Assembly (NCBI GenBank): GCA_027487835.1
Contig: JAIYCU010000013.1
Location: 22,856 to 86,855 of the forward strand
Reading direction: 5' to 3'
Source of the DNA: Bacteroidota bacterium
Lineage (GTDB): Bacteria > Bacteroidota > Bacteroidia > UKL13-3
Length of the DNA stretch: 64,000 nucleotides
Within the stretch, counting starts at the first letter, position 1. Every line of letters begins with the position of its first letter. Shown here one piece after another: positions 1-12,648 of the stretch. The translations under genes and the position numbers were made by a program. Under the pieces are notes generated by a model. It saw nothing but the letters and a program-made list of their open reading frames with translations. It ran no database searches and had not been told where the DNA came from.

Positions 1-312
1 ACTTGCTGTAAGGATAATTCCGCCATTGGCATTTTCCATCACCACCGCCATTTCAACGGTTGGGGTAGTGCTCAATCCAAGGTCAATTACATCCACGCCC
101 ATGCCAATTAGTGTTCCGGTAACCAATCGGTTTACCATGTCGCCGCTCAAGCGCGCATCTCTACCTACGATGATTTTGCAGGTTTCTTTGTTTTGCTTCA
201 TTAAGTAAGCAAATGCAGCAGTGTATTTTACAACATCGCCCGGGGTAAGGGCGTCACCAGCTTTACCTCCAATGGTTCCTCTGATGCCGGAAATAGATTT
301 AATTAGTGTCAA
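1..312 (-). CDS. glmM: phosphoglucosamine mutase, N-terminal part (runs off window start)
   Basis: Not in ORF track. Reverse strand from TTG at 312 reads MTLIKSISGIRGTIGGKAGDALTPGDVVKYTAAFA...GRDAR...GLSTTPTVEMAV, typical of the Bacteroidota GlmM N-terminus. Confidence 0.85.
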   Translation of the reverse strand, partial: MTLIKSISGIRGTIGGKAGDALTPGDVVKYTAAFAYLMKQNKETCKIIVGRDARLSGDMVNRLVTGTLIGMGVDVIDLGLSTTPTVEMAVVMENANGGIILTAS

Positions 313-384
313 AATGAAATTAAAATTTTGGGATTCGAAAATAGGTTTTCCCTTTTAAATATTAGAAATGAGTGGATAAATAGA

Positions 385-2097
385 TTAGAAGTCGTACTGA
401 CGGTCGTTGATATTCAAGCGAATGCCAATCGTAAAATAAAAAGAATTCATTTCATTAATGGCCAAAACCGAGGTGATTTTTCTAAGGCCTGCCCGTGCCT
501 CTAAAAACAAATTGTGCTTTAACATATAGGCACCAATTAACTCACCCGTTAATAAATTAGTAGCTACTCCCTGACCAATGAAATTATTATATTCTTCGGA
601 AGTATGGGTTTCGTAGCTCTTTTTAGGGTCTTTTCCCCAATTGCTGCCATTAGAGTCGTTGCCATAGGTAGCAAAAATCAATTTCCCAGTTATGTACAAC
701 TTATTAAGGGGTTGATACCTAACAATCCCAATGTACTCATAAAAGTTTGCCCCCAAGGGGTGGGCAAGGTTCTGATTAAAATTACTAAGACTTTGGAAGG
801 TATTATAAGAGGCATATAAAAAAGGGCGTGCATAGTTAAACTCCGCTTGTAAATCTAAATTGTTAACCCCCACCGCATCAATCAATTTAAATCCCACTTG
901 CCCACCAAATTTATTATGCATCCAGCCATTTCTTGCCACTAATTCTTTAAACACAAATTCGGTTAAAACCACTTGTCCATAAAAGGAATAAGCCTTCAGG
1001 AAATTGTATTTAAAGGTAATCCCAATAATACTTTTATCTACACTGTTAAGTCCATTTTCTACCGACTTATAAAAAATAACTGGATTAAGGTAATTGGCCT
1101 CAAAACGAGGATTTACGCCGGTAGTATCTCTATTAAATAAGGTAGTTTCAAATAGGCCAAGGTTAAAATTCTTTCCAAGGTTTAAGCTTAGGATATGCGT
1201 GGCCATATAATGTCTTGGCTGTTGTGCTCTGCCAGATGCACTATATGGGGCCCTTGCCCTTAATTCGCCCCAAAGATTGGTGTAATTGAGCTTCCAAATT
1301 CTGGTATTCAACCGTAAATTTAAATACTCGGGGTGATTATTTCCCAAAACCATGCTTCTATATCCGTCACCTATAAAATTAGTAGTATGCCCAAATTGCA
1401 GGTCCATGTATGGATTTAGGTTTGCACTTATATAGGCATTGCTGATGTAATAGTCATATTGCTGTGTGGTAGGACTGGTTTTAAAAAAATTCACATAAGG
1501 GATGGTAAAATCTGGGAATACAATGGCCTTATCTACCCAACTATAATTTCGCACCAATTCTTCGCTCACTTGGGTGTAAAAGCCAATGTTTTTGCCCACA
1601 TTTCCCCTAATTTCTATTCCCCTGTTGTTGAGCATGGCAGGCTTTCCAACGGGATTCTTTTCATTAGAAGTTTGGTAATAAAAAACTGGGTTGACCACTA
1701 AATTAAAGTCTGGAATTTGCACACTGAATAAAGCTGCCTTTTTGGTGTAAAATCTATTTAAAAAGTTCCTTTTTGAAGTAGAAGAAGATTGATTGCTCCA
1801 TTCAAAATTATCATTGATAAGGTAGGCAAGATTTGAATAATCTTGCTGACTTAGTCCAATTTGATTGACAGGGAAACTATCAATATAATTGGCAACAGCC
1901 TTGCGACGATAGCTTTTAAGGGTGGTATGAAAGTAATCATTGGCAATCGCACCGCTCTTTATTTCAAATCTATCCAATAGATGATCTGTTAAACCGCCCG
2001 TTCTCACATAAGTATGTTGGGCATTGGCCCCTAGTGAGAAAAAAGAAAATAGGAGGAACAAATAAATACTGGCTTTTGCGATTAGGATGGGTTTCAT
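385..2097 (-). CDS. outer-membrane protein, Wzi/RemB-like beta-barrel
   Basis: 570 aa, signal peptide, motifs FIGDGYRSMVL, YLNPVIFY and LAHPLGANF seen in Wzi/RemB-like proteins, C-terminal aromatic residue (YDF). Confidence 0.6.
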   Translation of the reverse strand: MKPILIAKASIYLFLLFSFFSLGANAQHTYVRTGGLTDHLLDRFEIKSGAIANDYFHTTLKSYRRKAVANYIDSFPVNQIGLSQQDYSNLAYLINDNFEWSNQSSSTSKRNFLNRFYTKKAALFSVQIPDFNLVVNPVFYYQTSNEKNPVGKPAMLNNRGIEIRGNVGKNIGFYTQVSEELVRNYSWVDKAIVFPDFTIPYVNFFKTSPTTQQYDYYISNAYISANLNPYMDLQFGHTTNFIGDGYRSMVLGNNHPEYLNLRLNTRIWKLNYTNLWGELRARAPYSASGRAQQPRHYMATHILSLNLGKNFNLGLFETTLFNRDTTGVNPRFEANYLNPVIFYKSVENGLNSVDKSIIGITFKYNFLKAYSFYGQVVLTEFVFKELVARNGWMHNKFGGQVGFKLIDAVGVNNLDLQAEFNYARPFLYASYNTFQSLSNFNQNLAHPLGANFYEYIGIVRYQPLNKLYITGKLIFATYGNDSNGSNWGKDPKKSYETHTSEEYNNFIGQGVATNLLTGELIGAYMLKHNLFLEARAGLRKITSVLAINEMNSFYFTIGIRLNINDRQYDF

Positions 2098-2146
2098 GCT
2101 TCAAAAATGAGGATTGTTGTGCACATTATTGACATTTAAATAATAA

Positions 2147-4261
<2,115 letters not shown>

Positions 4262-4414
4262 AAATTAAGAATAGCTAAGTTATTATGATTTATGGCACTA
4301 AGTAAATTGCCTAACAATTGCTTAACATCCTAGAAATTTAAGCAAGCAAAAATTTGGAAATTATAGCCTTTAGAGATATTTTCCCATCAATTATCAATCC
4401 TCAATTATAAAACC

Positions 4415-7400
4415 ATGAAACAGTTTTTTGCAGCGCTTGTGCTGCTATTTGCCAACTTACTTGCCTTTGGACAAGAACCTATTGAACTTATTAACTCACA
4501 AAAAGTGGTGTTAAAAGCCTATGAATATTTTGAAAATGAAGAGTTTGAAAAGTCCATTAAGGAATACAGAAAAGTGCCGCAAGGCGATACTAACTATTTT
4601 GTAGCGCAATATGAAGTTACCTATGCGCTCTACCTGCAAGAAAAGTATGAAGAATCGATAAAAGAATCGCGCCGACTCATTTATGAAGGTACCGACCAAA
4701 TGAGCCAATATAATATTTTAGGCTCTGCATTAGATGAGTTAAAGCAATATGATGAAGCCATTGCAGTTTATAATATGGCGATAAAAAGATTTCCGTATAG
4801 CACGAATTTAATTTTAAACAAAGGGATTGTTTATGAACGCAAAGGGGATGTAAAATCTGCTTGGGACACTTACATGGAGCTTCTCAAGATATCACCAAGC
4901 TTTCCTTCGGCACATTTGCGTTTGGCCAAACTAGCCGAAAGCGAAGGCAAACTTACCCAAGCCATAATGGCCTATTCTATATTTTTAATGTTAGAGCCAA
5001 CTTCTAAAAGAAGCTTAGCGGTTGTTTCTGATTTCAACAAATTATGTGATGCCAGTTCAACCATTATTAATACTGCCAAAAACCCAATTTTAAAGAATGA
5101 GTTTGAAGACCTCGACTTTTTAGTTAACAACCAAATTGCGCTAAACGATAAGTATAAAATACCGGGCAAAATGCAATTTCCCCTCAATAAGCAATTGCAT
5201 TTGGTAATGGATAAAGCCGCTACTTCAATCAAGGAAGAAGGCTTTTATGTACAATTTTATTTGCCCTTTTTTAAAGACTTTTTAAAGTCAGAAGACTTTG
5301 TAAATTTCAACCTCTTATTACTTGCTAGTAGCGATAATGAACGCATTTCTAAAGAAGTAAAGGCCAAGATTGATGGCATTAAAAAGACTAGAGAAAGTTG
5401 TTTAAAAAGATTTCAAGACTTACACGGGAAAAGAAGTTTTGATTGGAATGGTCAAAACTTAACTCTTACCTATTTCTATTATGATAAATTTAACCCAGAA
5501 GCATATGGTAATTTAAATGCAGCTGGCAAAACCATGGGTACTTTTATCTATTTTGATGAGGAAGGTTATATAGATGTTATTGGCAACTTCGACAATATGG
5601 GCAGCCGCGAAGGCAAATGGTATTATTTTGATAGCAAAGGCGATACCTTGCGCATGCTTAGCTATAAAGCAGGTAAACTCAATGGCCCTTATCGTTTTTT
5701 TAGAAATGGCCATTTGAGCGAAATTGGGGAATACATTAATGAATTGGTAGAAGGAGAAGTAATTGCTTTTTATGCCGATGGTTCTATCTCTAACAAGCAA
5801 ATTTTTAAGAATGACCTAAGAGAAGGTAAATCTTTAGAATACTATCCTAGTGGTGGAATTAAAAGTGATTACAACTACGTAAAGGGAGAAATTGATGGTG
5901 TGGCCAAAGATTATTATGCCCATGGATTATTGAAGGAAGACGCTACCTATAAAAATGGAAAAATTGTGGGCGTTTACAAGGAATACTATGAAAACAAAAA
6001 CCTTAAAAAGGAATGTAATTTTGTGGATGGAACCTTAGAAGGCCCTTATAAAACTTATTATATCAACGGACAACTAGAGCAAGAAGGCATTGCTGCCAAA
6101 GGCCAAATGTCTGGCAATTGGACAAAATACTATAGCAATGGTAAATTAAAGGAAAAATCTAACCTCGATGAAAACGGCAAGGTAAATGGAGACGAAATCA
6201 CCTTTGACTATGAAGGCAGGCAATTGAGGTTTGATACCTACGCCAAAGGAGAATGGAAATCGGTGAAGTTTTATGACAAATACGGAAAGGTATATTATGA
6301 AACCAAAGTGTCTAAATCAGGAACCCTTGTAACCCTTTACAATCAGTTTAGAGATAAAACAGCAGAAGGTTTGTTTAAAGATGATAATCGCCAAGGAGAA
6401 TGGAAATTTTATAATCCAAATGGGATTGTCAATTCAATTGAAATGTATGAGAAAGGCAAGTTAGATGGCCTTATTAAAAACTTTATTGATAAAGACCTCC
6501 TTAGTTCTGCTATCAATTATAGCAAAGGTGAGTATGATGGCTTATTTACAAGTTATCATCAAAATGGCAAGATAAAAACACAAGGGCATTACATGGATGG
6601 AAACAGATATGGCACTTGGATAAATTATGAAAGCAATGGCGCCATAGAAAACCAATATTTCTATTTCGACGACCGTAAAAAAGACTGGGGTTATGAATAC
6701 TTATCTAATGGTAATTTTTATAAAAAGTATAAATATGTAAGAGGCATTTTAAGAGAAATTCACCATTGCGATACCAACGGCATTAGCATCGATTCAGTAA
6801 GCATTCCAACTGGCACTGCCAGGTTTAGCTTAAAAGGAATGAGCGGCAAAAAAGTATATGAAGGCGGATTCTTAAACGGATATGCACATGGCAAAGCTAC
6901 TTGGTATTACCCTAACGGAAAAGTAAGTGAGCAAGGCGAATACTTTGAAGGCGATCAAAATGGCGATTGGAATACTTATTTTCCAAATGGAAAGGTTAAA
7001 AAGAAGTACTTCAAATATTATGGATATAGCACTGGTACTTGGGAAGAGTATAATTATTTTGGCGAACCCATTGGAAAATTTGATTACAAGAATGGAGATA
7101 GTCATGGAAAAAATATTTGGTTATACCTAGATGGCAAAGTAGAATCTGACATCAGTTTTTACGAAGATGAAAAACATGGAGAATCTAAATACTATGCGCC
7201 AAGCGGAGAACTTAGAGAATTACGTTATTTTAAGAATGGAAGACTCATTGGCTATACCTATATGGATAAAACCAATAAACTTAAAGACACTATTTTTATG
7301 CCTACAGGCGATGGTCAAATAAAAGCTTATTATGCCAATGGCGCTATGAGTACAAGTTATGAACTTTATAATAATAGGTATCATAACGAGTATAAAATTT

Positions 7401-7687
7401 TCTATCCAAATGGCACCTTACAAGAAGAACGTTTTTATGCGCATGGCAACGAAATAAAACCAACCAAAAGTTATTTTAGCAATGGCAAATTGATGCGCCT
7501 AGAGCCCTATCTAATGGGTGAGCTACATGGCGAAGTATTGGAATACCACAGCAATGGAAATCCAAAAATGAAAGAGAATTATGTAAACGGATACAAAGAA
7601 GGCCTTTGCGAATATTTTGATATGACGGGCAAACGCATTGGCGCCTATCTTTATGTGCATGGAGAAATTATTAGCATCCTTCAATAA
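4415..7687 (+). CDS. exported TPR + MORN-variant (YwqK-like) repeat protein
   Basis: Signal peptide, N-terminal TPR helices, many G-x-W/Y-x-x-Y-Y-x-N-G repeats. Confidence 0.8.
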   Translation: MKQFFAALVLLFANLLAFGQEPIELINSQKVVLKAYEYFENEEFEKSIKEYRKVPQGDTNYFVAQYEVTYALYLQEKYEESIKESRRLIYEGTDQMSQYNILGSALDELKQYDEAIAVYNMAIKRFPYSTNLILNKGIVYERKGDVKSAWDTYMELLKISPSFPSAHLRLAKLAESEGKLTQAIMAYSIFLMLEPTSKRSLAVVSDFNKLCDASSTIINTAKNPILKNEFEDLDFLVNNQIALNDKYKIPGKMQFPLNKQLHLVMDKAATSIKEEGFYVQFYLPFFKDFLKSEDFVNFNLLLLASSDNERISKEVKAKIDGIKKTRESCLKRFQDLHGKRSFDWNGQNLTLTYFYYDKFNPEAYGNLNAAGKTMGTFIYFDEEGYIDVIGNFDNMGSREGKWYYFDSKGDTLRMLSYKAGKLNGPYRFFRNGHLSEIGEYINELVEGEVIAFYADGSISNKQIFKNDLREGKSLEYYPSGGIKSDYNYVKGEIDGVAKDYYAHGLLKEDATYKNGKIVGVYKEYYENKNLKKECNFVDGTLEGPYKTYYINGQLEQEGIAAKGQMSGNWTKYYSNGKLKEKSNLDENGKVNGDEITFDYEGRQLRFDTYAKGEWKSVKFYDKYGKVYYETKVSKSGTLVTLYNQFRDKTAEGLFKDDNRQGEWKFYNPNGIVNSIEMYEKGKLDGLIKNFIDKDLLSSAINYSKGEYDGLFTSYHQNGKIKTQGHYMDGNRYGTWINYESNGAIENQYFYFDDRKKDWGYEYLSNGNFYKKYKYVRGILREIHHCDTNGISIDSVSIPTGTARFSLKGMSGKKVYEGGFLNGYAHGKATWYYPNGKVSEQGEYFEGDQNGDWNTYFPNGKVKKKYFKYYGYSTGTWEEYNYFGEPIGKFDYKNGDSHGKNIWLYLDGKVESDISFYEDEKHGESKYYAPSGELRELRYFKNGRLIGYTYMDKTNKLKDTIFMPTGDGQIKAYYANGAMSTSYELYNNRYHNEYKIFYPNGTLQEERFYAHGNEIKPTKSYFSNGKLMRLEPYLMGELHGEVLEYHSNGNPKMKENYVNGYKEGLCEYFDMTGKRIGAYLYVHGEIISILQ

Positions 7688-7693
7688 TATAGC

Positions 7694-9622
7694 ATGACCA
7701 AAATCAAAGTTCTTTTATCTGTTTGCTTAGCCTTTAGTTTTTTCGGTTTGAACCTAAAGGCGCAGGCGCTAGCAGAGTATACCCGATTAAAAGAAAAGTA
7801 TCCAAACGCCAAGGTAATATGCACAGACCATACTGCCGAAGTGAGCCTAAAAATGGAAAAAGGAACGCCCAAAGTTTATTACTCAACGCGCGAAGAGTTT
7901 TTCTATTTAGACGATAATAATAGCGGCTACGCCAAAAGGTCTATTCACTTCTCTGGCTTTTATGCCTTGGTTGATTACAAAGCGTTTATTTATATGCCCA
8001 ATGGAAAAGGATATAAAAAAGAAGAAATAAAAGACTTTAAGGTAAATGATTTTGTAAACAATAACATCTTTCACGACGATTCAAAAGAACTGAGCTTTAG
8101 GTTTCCCCTCATAGAAAAAGGTGCCAAAACGGTGATTGAAACTACTTATGAAATCAAAGACCTTCACATGATGCCAAAGTTTTCTGTTTCGCCGTATTTC
8201 GACTATGAGCACGTGCTGTTTAAGGTTAGCTATCCACAGAGTTTTGCGGTGGCAGTAGATACCTTTAGGTTGCAGTTTTTACCACATCAATTTCAAAATA
8301 CTGTCAGCGGAAGCAACACCCAATTAAAATGGGAAGGCAGTTCTGCTAAAAGGTTAGAGTTTGAAGGCAACGGACCAGAATCTGAATACCTATCCGCACA
8401 ATTGCATACACGCATTAAATGGTATGAAGGGGCCAATGGAAAAACAATGGTACTTTCTAATTTAGATGATTTGTATCGCTGGAATTGTGGCTTTTTAAAA
8501 GAAACATTTGAGTCTGCCGAACGCTATAAGAACCTAAGCGATTCGATTGTTGGAAAAGAAACTGATACGCTAAAAAAGGTGGCCGCCATCTTTGCCTGGG
8601 TGCAAGGAAATATTAGGTACATTGCTTTAGAAGAAGGCTATGCCGGACTAATCCCTGCCAAAGCGAGTGTGGTGTTGCAAGAGCGTTATGGCGATTGTAA
8701 AGGCATGTCGAACATGCTGTATAACCTATTGCGGAGTCAGCAAATTCCCGCGCACTTGGTTTGGATTGGCAGCAGAGATTTGCCTTATAAATACTCCGAA
8801 TTGCCTACGCCAAATGTAGATAATCACATGATTTGTGCGGTGAAACACCAAGGTAAATTTATCTTTTTAGATGCTACCTCAAACAACCTCCCTTTTGGAA
8901 TGCCTTCTGGTTTTACACAAGGCAAAGAGGCAATGATTGGGCTAGACGATTGCGAACATTACGTAATCGAAACCGTGCCTGAGGTGCCTGCCATAGAAAA
9001 CCTCACGTACGACTCCTGCTACATCAAATTAAATGGGAAAAGCATCTCTGGCTCGGGCCGAGCTACTTTAACTGGCTATAAGCGTGTCAATTTTATCGAC
9101 CGTTTAAGCGAACGTAATTATAACTTTTTGTTAAAGCAATGCCGCGGCTATTTATTAAAAGGCAGCAATTCCTTTACCATAGATACCGTTTGGTTAGAGA
9201 ACCTAGAGGATAAGAACAAACCCTTATATATTTACTATTCTTTTAAATTACCTGAGTATGGGGTGCTTGCCGATAAAGAACTTTTTATCAATTTAAACTT
9301 AGAACGTGTGGGGCAAAATTCTAAAATAGAAGCCAAAAGAAATGTGCCCTTAGAGTTCAATTATAAACGCAGAAATGAGTACGTTGTTTGCATAGAGATT
9401 GAACCCAATTGGCAAGTGAGTTATGTTCCTAAAAATACCAAGTGGGAACAAGATTTCTTGCAATATGAAGTGAATTATGTGCAACAAAACAAACTGCTTA
9501 TTCGCCGCGAAATACAACAAGAAAGCACGCTTATGTTATATCCAACGCAATTTGCAACGTATAATACAATGATAGAAACCATTCAAAAATCTTATTCAGA
9601 ACAAACTATTATTAAACAATAA
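7694..9622 (+). CDS. DUF3857 + transglutaminase-like domain protein (catalytic triad present)
   Basis: WVQGNIRYIA, GDCKG (Cys), DNHMI (His), LDAT (Asp); signal peptide. Confidence 0.85.
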   Translation: MTKIKVLLSVCLAFSFFGLNLKAQALAEYTRLKEKYPNAKVICTDHTAEVSLKMEKGTPKVYYSTREEFFYLDDNNSGYAKRSIHFSGFYALVDYKAFIYMPNGKGYKKEEIKDFKVNDFVNNNIFHDDSKELSFRFPLIEKGAKTVIETTYEIKDLHMMPKFSVSPYFDYEHVLFKVSYPQSFAVAVDTFRLQFLPHQFQNTVSGSNTQLKWEGSSAKRLEFEGNGPESEYLSAQLHTRIKWYEGANGKTMVLSNLDDLYRWNCGFLKETFESAERYKNLSDSIVGKETDTLKKVAAIFAWVQGNIRYIALEEGYAGLIPAKASVVLQERYGDCKGMSNMLYNLLRSQQIPAHLVWIGSRDLPYKYSELPTPNVDNHMICAVKHQGKFIFLDATSNNLPFGMPSGFTQGKEAMIGLDDCEHYVIETVPEVPAIENLTYDSCYIKLNGKSISGSGRATLTGYKRVNFIDRLSERNYNFLLKQCRGYLLKGSNSFTIDTVWLENLEDKNKPLYIYYSFKLPEYGVLADKELFINLNLERVGQNSKIEAKRNVPLEFNYKRRNEYVVCIEIEPNWQVSYVPKNTKWEQDFLQYEVNYVQQNKLLIRREIQQESTLMLYPTQFATYNTMIETIQKSYSEQTIIKQ

Positions 9623-9626
9623 ACCT

Positions 9627-11591
9627 ATGAAACGCATCATAAACCTAAGTGTTTTTTTACTCCTATATATTAGTTCACAAGCGCAATTCTCGCTTAGTTA
9701 TCAACTAGAAGCCAATCCAGATTTTGCAAAATATTGCAAGGGATACGACCTTAAAACGACAGACGAATTAGAAGTTATAGACGACCGTGTGGTTGAGTTT
9801 GCCTATGATAAAGAAGGCAACTTGTTTGAATATTTTTACATTCATGGTGTGCGCTATGTAAACAGCGACGACGCCATTGATAGAAACAATAAAATCTATG
9901 TTTCTTTTGCCCGTGCTTTTGAATTGGTAAGTTATGATGCCCGCGTTATTTCTGCTGCAGGCACCATCCAAACCCTTGGCAAAGATGCCCTAAAAGAAGG
10001 CACCAGAGAAGACGAAACCAAAGTGCAATACTTTGCTATTTCTGGGGCAGAAAAAGGTAGCTTTATCGAATACTACTATTTGGTTAAAAGGAGTCCGAGC
10101 TATACCGGAACCTGGTTTAGCATGCAAGGCAATGCCCCTGTTGCCAAAGCAGTCATTAAAATTATTAGTCCAGAAAACTTAGTATTTATTAGCAAATCTT
10201 TTGGTGGCTTTACAGAGTTGTATACCGACTCCAGTTTAAGTGAACGCAATATGTTGGTGGGCATTCAAGAAAATATTTCAGCCATTCCAGAAGAGCCATT
10301 TTCTAATGCAGGCGGTAATAAAATGAAAGTAATGTATCAATTGTATTACAACAAGGCAAAAGGCAAAAAGAACCCCTACAACTACGGAATTGTGAGTCAG
10401 AATGTATTTGACAATATGGGCGGCAAACTAGAAAAAGAAGAACAGAAAGCCCTTGATAAAATTATCAAAAACTGCAATATCAAATTTGCACCCGATGAGG
10501 AAAGTAAGATTAGACAGGTAGAAAATTATATTAAAAAGAACTTTGCCTTTGTAGACAATTCGGATGATGCCTACGAAAACATAGCTTCTATCCTAAAATC
10601 TGGTGCCTTGAACGAAACGGGTGCCACGCGCATATTCTACCATATATTTGAAAGCCTTGGCATTGAGCAAGAAATTGTAGTTACCACCAATCGTTACAGC
10701 ATTCGCTTTGACAAGGAGTTTGAATCTTATTCTTTCTTAACAGATTTCTTATTGTACTTCCCTAAACTCAAAACCTATATGGCGCCCTACGCACAATTAT
10801 ATAGGTTGGGTTTAATTCCTGGATCCTACATAGAAAACTATGGTTTATTTATTAGAAAAATTAGCATAGGCGACCTCAATACAGGTGCAGGTAAAGTTCA
10901 ATACATCCCCGCCTACCCTGGCAAACACACACAGCATAACATGTTTATTACTGCAAGTTTAGACAATACAACAGATAGTTTAAACATTGACTACAAGCAA
11001 GAATACACAGGCTATTATGCCCAAAACTTCCAACCTATTTTTGATTTTATTGAAAAAGATAAACTCAAAGAATTTGAAGAGACGATTGTAAAAAGTTTAA
11101 ACGAAGACATCACCATCAAAAGCATTAAAATAGAAAACAAAGGAGGCGAGAACCTAATGGTAAAACCTCTTATTGTAAATAGTAAGTTGAGTTCTAAGCA
11201 CTTTATTGAAAAAGCAGGCGATAAAATCCTCTTAAAATTTGGTGATCTAATTGGCCCTCAATCGGAGATGTACCAAGAAAAGCAAAGGGTATTGCCAATT
11301 GAAAACGACTATAACAGAGAATACCATAGAATCATTACTTTTATGATTCCTGCAGGGTACCAAATCAAAAATTTAGAGCAACTTAATCTTTCGGTTCAAC
11401 CCTTTAAAGCTAAAAATGATGCAGCCGGATTTGTTGCCACCTATAAGTTAGAAGGCGATAAATTAACCGTAACTTGTGATGAGTATTACAACCAAATTAA
11501 TTTCCCTTTGGCAGAGGCAGAGCTTTACAGAACAGTGATCAATGCCGCGGCTAATTACAATAAAATTGTTTTGGTACTAGAGAAAAAATAA
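9627..11591 (+). CDS. DUF3857 domain protein (transglutaminase-like, catalytic Cys not evident)
   Basis: Paralogous layout to the upstream gene (GSFIEYYY, IPAGYQI); no GDC motif. Confidence 0.7.
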   Translation: MKRIINLSVFLLLYISSQAQFSLSYQLEANPDFAKYCKGYDLKTTDELEVIDDRVVEFAYDKEGNLFEYFYIHGVRYVNSDDAIDRNNKIYVSFARAFELVSYDARVISAAGTIQTLGKDALKEGTREDETKVQYFAISGAEKGSFIEYYYLVKRSPSYTGTWFSMQGNAPVAKAVIKIISPENLVFISKSFGGFTELYTDSSLSERNMLVGIQENISAIPEEPFSNAGGNKMKVMYQLYYNKAKGKKNPYNYGIVSQNVFDNMGGKLEKEEQKALDKIIKNCNIKFAPDEESKIRQVENYIKKNFAFVDNSDDAYENIASILKSGALNETGATRIFYHIFESLGIEQEIVVTTNRYSIRFDKEFESYSFLTDFLLYFPKLKTYMAPYAQLYRLGLIPGSYIENYGLFIRKISIGDLNTGAGKVQYIPAYPGKHTQHNMFITASLDNTTDSLNIDYKQEYTGYYAQNFQPIFDFIEKDKLKEFEETIVKSLNEDITIKSIKIENKGGENLMVKPLIVNSKLSSKHFIEKAGDKILLKFGDLIGPQSEMYQEKQRVLPIENDYNREYHRIITFMIPAGYQIKNLEQLNLSVQPFKAKNDAAGFVATYKLEGDKLTVTCDEYYNQINFPLAEAELYRTVINAAANYNKIVLVLEKK

Positions 11592-11593
11592 AC

Positions 11594-12532
11594 ATGAAAG
11601 TTAACATTCCCCATCTGCTTTTATTTTGCGTCTTTTTGGGTTTCGGTTTGAACCAAACCTTACACGCCCAAACCTTAAAACAAATTGAAGCCTTGGCCCA
11701 AAAAGAAAAGCCACAAAAGGTATTAGTTCTAATAAATAAACATATTAAAGACAGCGGCTTAACGGCAGAGAACCTTTCTTTGCGCAGCATGATATTGATG
11801 AACATCAATACCGTGGAATGCTGGGAAAGTGTGCAAGAAGGGATTAGTAAATTTCCGAATGAGGCAGTGGTTTACTATACCCGTTCGCAGTTTTTTTATG
11901 AGGTAAGAGATATAAACAATGCCTTAAAAGACCTTGATAAAGCGCTTGAACTTGCCAAAGAAGACACCCTTAGGTACCGCATTTATATAAGCAGAGGGGG
12001 CATGAATCATTTTGGTGGCCACGAGATTCAATCCATTGAAGACAGCAAAAAAGCATTGGCCATCAGACCCGAAAGCAAAGATGCACTCAACAATTTGGCA
12101 GGTGCCTTATTTGACAATGGAGAAACAGCAGCAGCCAAGGAAACCTTGCTCAAACTAAAAGCAATCGACCCAAATTATGTGGGGGTATATGTAAACCTTG
12201 GCTATCAATTGCAAAAAATGGAACAATTTGACGAGGCCGCCAAATACCTTGAAGAAGGCTTAAAGATTGCCCCAGAAGAACCATTTTTATGGAACAATTT
12301 AGGCTATGTACAATTTAAATTAGGCAAGGTAGAGGATGGCATTAAATCGATTCAAAAGTCGATTAAAATTTACCCAGGCAATTCTTATTGCTACCGAAAC
12401 CTTGCCTTGATTTACCTTTCACAAAAAGACAAAGCAAAGGCCTGCGAGCAAATCAATAAATCTTTGGCTTATAAGTTTACAGAAATGTATGGCGAAGAAG
12501 TGCTCGACCTTAAAAAGCAACATTGTTTATAG
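11594..12532 (+). CDS. tetratricopeptide repeat protein
   Basis: Repeated NNLG/NLG...A TPR motifs; signal peptide. Confidence 0.85.
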   Translation: MKVNIPHLLLFCVFLGFGLNQTLHAQTLKQIEALAQKEKPQKVLVLINKHIKDSGLTAENLSLRSMILMNINTVECWESVQEGISKFPNEAVVYYTRSQFFYEVRDINNALKDLDKALELAKEDTLRYRIYISRGGMNHFGGHEIQSIEDSKKALAIRPESKDALNNLAGALFDNGETAAAKETLLKLKAIDPNYVGVYVNLGYQLQKMEQFDEAAKYLEEGLKIAPEEPFLWNNLGYVQFKLGKVEDGIKSIQKSIKIYPGNSYCYRNLALIYLSQKDKAKACEQINKSLAYKFTEMYGEEVLDLKKQHCL

Positions 12533-12648
12533 TGAAGGAAATTGCTTAATTGAACCCTCCTTGTCTTTAGAACTAAAAGTTAAAGTAACATTTACTTAGC
12601 TTTTTCTTAACATATCTATGGGATTTTCGCAGTTCATTTTCAAAAACT

